A DNA stretch of 64,000 bases. It comes from Octopus vulgaris (lineage: Eukaryota). Each line of letters opens with the position of its first letter. The first letter of the stretch is position 1. The stretch lies in contig OX597814.1 in NCBI GenBank assembly GCA_951406725.2, positions 181,102,001 through 181,166,000 of the forward strand, given 5' to 3'. A model generated the notes under the pieces. That model saw nothing but the letters and a program-made list of their open reading frames with translations. It searched no databases and had not been told where the DNA came from. Positions 61,526 through 64,000 of the stretch are shown here, in pieces. The position numbers were made by a program, and so were the translations under genes.

Positions 61526-62789
61526 AGCATAATCTTTCTAAAATGAATCAAGTGTTTTTCTAACATTTTCCACAAGAAAATCCAAGAGAAACTTTGAAAG
61601 CAGCTGAGATATAAAGTCAGAAGGGATAATTTACAAGATTTGTGTTATCTATTGGCTGTTCTCTCATGGTCTCAAGATGCAGCCTAACTCTCCAAGCACT
61701 TTCACTCCATCCTCTACTAAATGTGTGAAAAATAACATCTTAAACAAACTGGTAGTTGATGAAATGTAAATAAGAGCCAACTCCAAATATGTAGGAAATG
61801 TATAATTAAATATGACTAACAGTTTATCAAGCACGTTATCAAAATGGTACTTTTCGTTTTGATTAACTTCAGTTTATGTCTGAGATTATCCTGGATTCCC
61901 TCTTTCTCACTTTTGTCTATTGTAACTGAGTGAACCATTTCATACATGCTTTCAAATCTACATTTTACCAATTATAGTAAAACTATAAGGTCAATCCAAG
62001 GTGTAGCAGTCATGAGCTGTTGCAATTACTGTGTGCACCTGTCAAAGGCTCACTAGTTGGTCATATCTCACCAGAGACAAGAGTTTATATAATCACAATT
62101 GAACATATTTTGATAAATTACTCTAATTTATCAACTAATGATTTATACAGTGAACCTATTCAAACCCTACAAACATGGATAAACAGATTGTAATGATTAT
62201 ATATGTTTATATATAAATATATAGATATTTTTAAAAGGCTGTTTGTAACGGCCAGTCAGAGTGACCATTTGTTTCACATCTATAAAGCACTTAGCTGTAT
62301 AGGAGACTCATCAGACTTAAATGGCCAGAGGCAAATAACCTCTACAACTGGAAGATGGAAAACATCATTTGATAATTTTGTAAACAAAAAACTCCCAGAT
62401 GTTTCCTCCTTATATGCTTCTGGTCATTTGAGTCTGACAAGTTGCCCATCATGCTAAGTGCTGTATAGGCACAAAACAATGGTCACTCTTTGGCAGGCCA
62501 TAACAAACAACCTTCTAAATATACTACTGCTCTGTTTTAGAATGTGCTTGTTTTTCGGATATATGAATTACTGACATATATATATAAGATCCAGGGATTG
62601 AGATGTAGGAAGAAAGTTAGCTTCAAGCAATCCATAGTAAATATGAAAAACAATTTTCAGAGACAATAATGGTTTATTGAGATGGAAGGTTGTGGATTTT
62701 TTCCGTATCGAAGTATGACAAACTGAAAATAATTCTTTTTATATTTCACAGTGTGAATAAGACTACAAGAGTTAAGGAATGGAGTAGAT

Positions 62790-62885
62790 AAGATCCGGGC
62801 TACATATGTTTCATAGTGAGCGCTCCGCTCACTATGGTAAATATCCAAGTGAGATGTATACTGCAGGCTACTCTTCAGACCAAGA
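62790..62885 (-). ncRNA. Type I hammerhead ribozyme motif, inverted copy
   Basis: Minus strand GGT-CTGAAGA-GTAG...CTAT-GAAA-CATAT-GTA-GCC; core intact, but a competing 11-bp hairpin overlaps it. Confidence 0.6.
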
Positions 62886-62941
62886 ATTCTGATTGAATCT
62901 TCCATGTGTTAACATGTGACAATGTAAACTTTCATTTAATC

Positions 62942-63047
62942 AAGATATCCTTGGCCTGAAGAGTAGTTGGTGGTATACACCTCGCTTGGTGTATATTTAC
63001 CATTTCTGACGTTCAGCTCGCTATGAAACATATGTAGCCCAGATCTT
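62942..63047 (+). ncRNA. Type I hammerhead ribozyme (minimal, Penelope-associated type)
   Basis: GGC-CTGAAGA-GTAG...CTAT-GAAA-CATAT-GTA-GCC. Complete core; stem I GGC/GCC extended by AAGAT/ATCTT; stem II GTAG/CTAT; palindromic stem III CATATG; GUA cleavage triplet at 63034-63036. Confidence 0.75.
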
Positions 63048-64000
63048 ATCTATTCCTTTCTTTAATTCTTGCATATATATATATCTTAGTAAAAACCACG
63101 ATATCTGTTGCCAAATATAAGGGGTTGTTTTATTCAGTTAATAATTGGAGGATTGGGGGGAAAAAAAAAAGAAATATTTATGGTGTTTAGTATCAAAATT
63201 AAGCCTAACAAACACTCACTACCAGAAAAAAATAATTTCAGTCAGCAATTGTATGATAAATGTAATAAAGACTTTATTTATATATTAAAGAAAATCAACA
63301 CAACTCTGAAAAATATTTAACATTTACTTTATTATTTCTAATAGAGAAATCCAACAACATTTTTAAAATTTAATTTTTTTTTCTTTAAATAAATGTGAAC
63401 AGTAACATAAATTAACAAATTTAGCCACGATTTCTTTTTATCTTGTTTGCAAGTGATTAACACTTCTATGTGAACACGATATCAATATAAGCAGGTTTCA
63501 ATAAAATATAGTAACCAAATTAACGACAATACAATTAATATACACATATATCACAATGTACTATATACAAACAAAATTGAAGCATAAATTACAGTTAGAT
63601 AAATGTTAGGCATCCATCATGAGATTTTAGATGAAGAGGAAAAAAATAGCCTTCTAAATTGATATTTTAGTTGTAGAAGCATATAAGAGTATTTAGAAAT
63701 AATTGATGGTTCAGCTATTAACAGTTGAATCATCAAAATCTTCCAACATTTAAATAGAAGAGAAATTGATTACTTCACAACAGTAAATGGTAAATGTTAA
63801 TATGGCAAATACTTAATTGAAATAAAGTAAGCTGTAAACGGTTGAATATGCTAGATTGTTCAACCAATGATGAAGACTAAGTGAAAGCTTACAAGGGGTT
63901 TTATAGTAAATATTTCAAATAGCTCTCAGTTTGGAGCTGTAAAAATGTACTGACTTCATAAAAAAGTTTATACCTTAGCTAAAAGAGAAATTTTGAAAGA

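Larger units (their letters stand above)
62766..63071. repeat. Fold-back palindrome (~135-bp arms)
   Basis: 62766-62898 is inverted at ~62934-63071. Confidence 0.92.

Noticed and set aside
63660-64000. Possible last exon or 3' UTR of a convergent downstream gene
   Set aside because: Only a short peptide (MLEDFDDSTVNS*) with no recognisable homology or supported splice site.

Overview
AT-rich, repeat-dense eukaryotic genomic DNA. The SINE content suggests an octopus (coleoid cephalopod), which is an inference. Two spliced genes lie head-to-head around a ~0.6 kb bidirectional promoter. RPL5 (uL18) is on the minus strand with 8 coding exons, 1084-11908, 296 aa. A long coiled-coil gene that I identify as CCDC18-like is on the plus strand with 29 coding exons, 12518-61525, about 1363 aa. 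The introns carry transposon relics: a piggyBac derivative and TTAA MITEs, CR1-type, CRE-type and R4/Dong-type LINE fragments, a decayed Ty3/Gypsy element, two mariners, a Helitron and several tRNA-SINE families. The most interesting unexplained structure is a set of four sequence-unrelated fold-back palindromes at about 18.9, 24.2, 26.2 and 62.9 kb. Their arms contain hammerhead-ribozyme cores (CTGAnGA...GAAA...NUH) of the minimal Penelope-associated type, all pointing outward. The plus-strand copy at 62942-63047, ~1.4 kb downstream of the CCDC18-like stop codon, looks catalytically complete. Gene models were built by hand from splice sites and reading frame; homologies are from memory, not from a database search.
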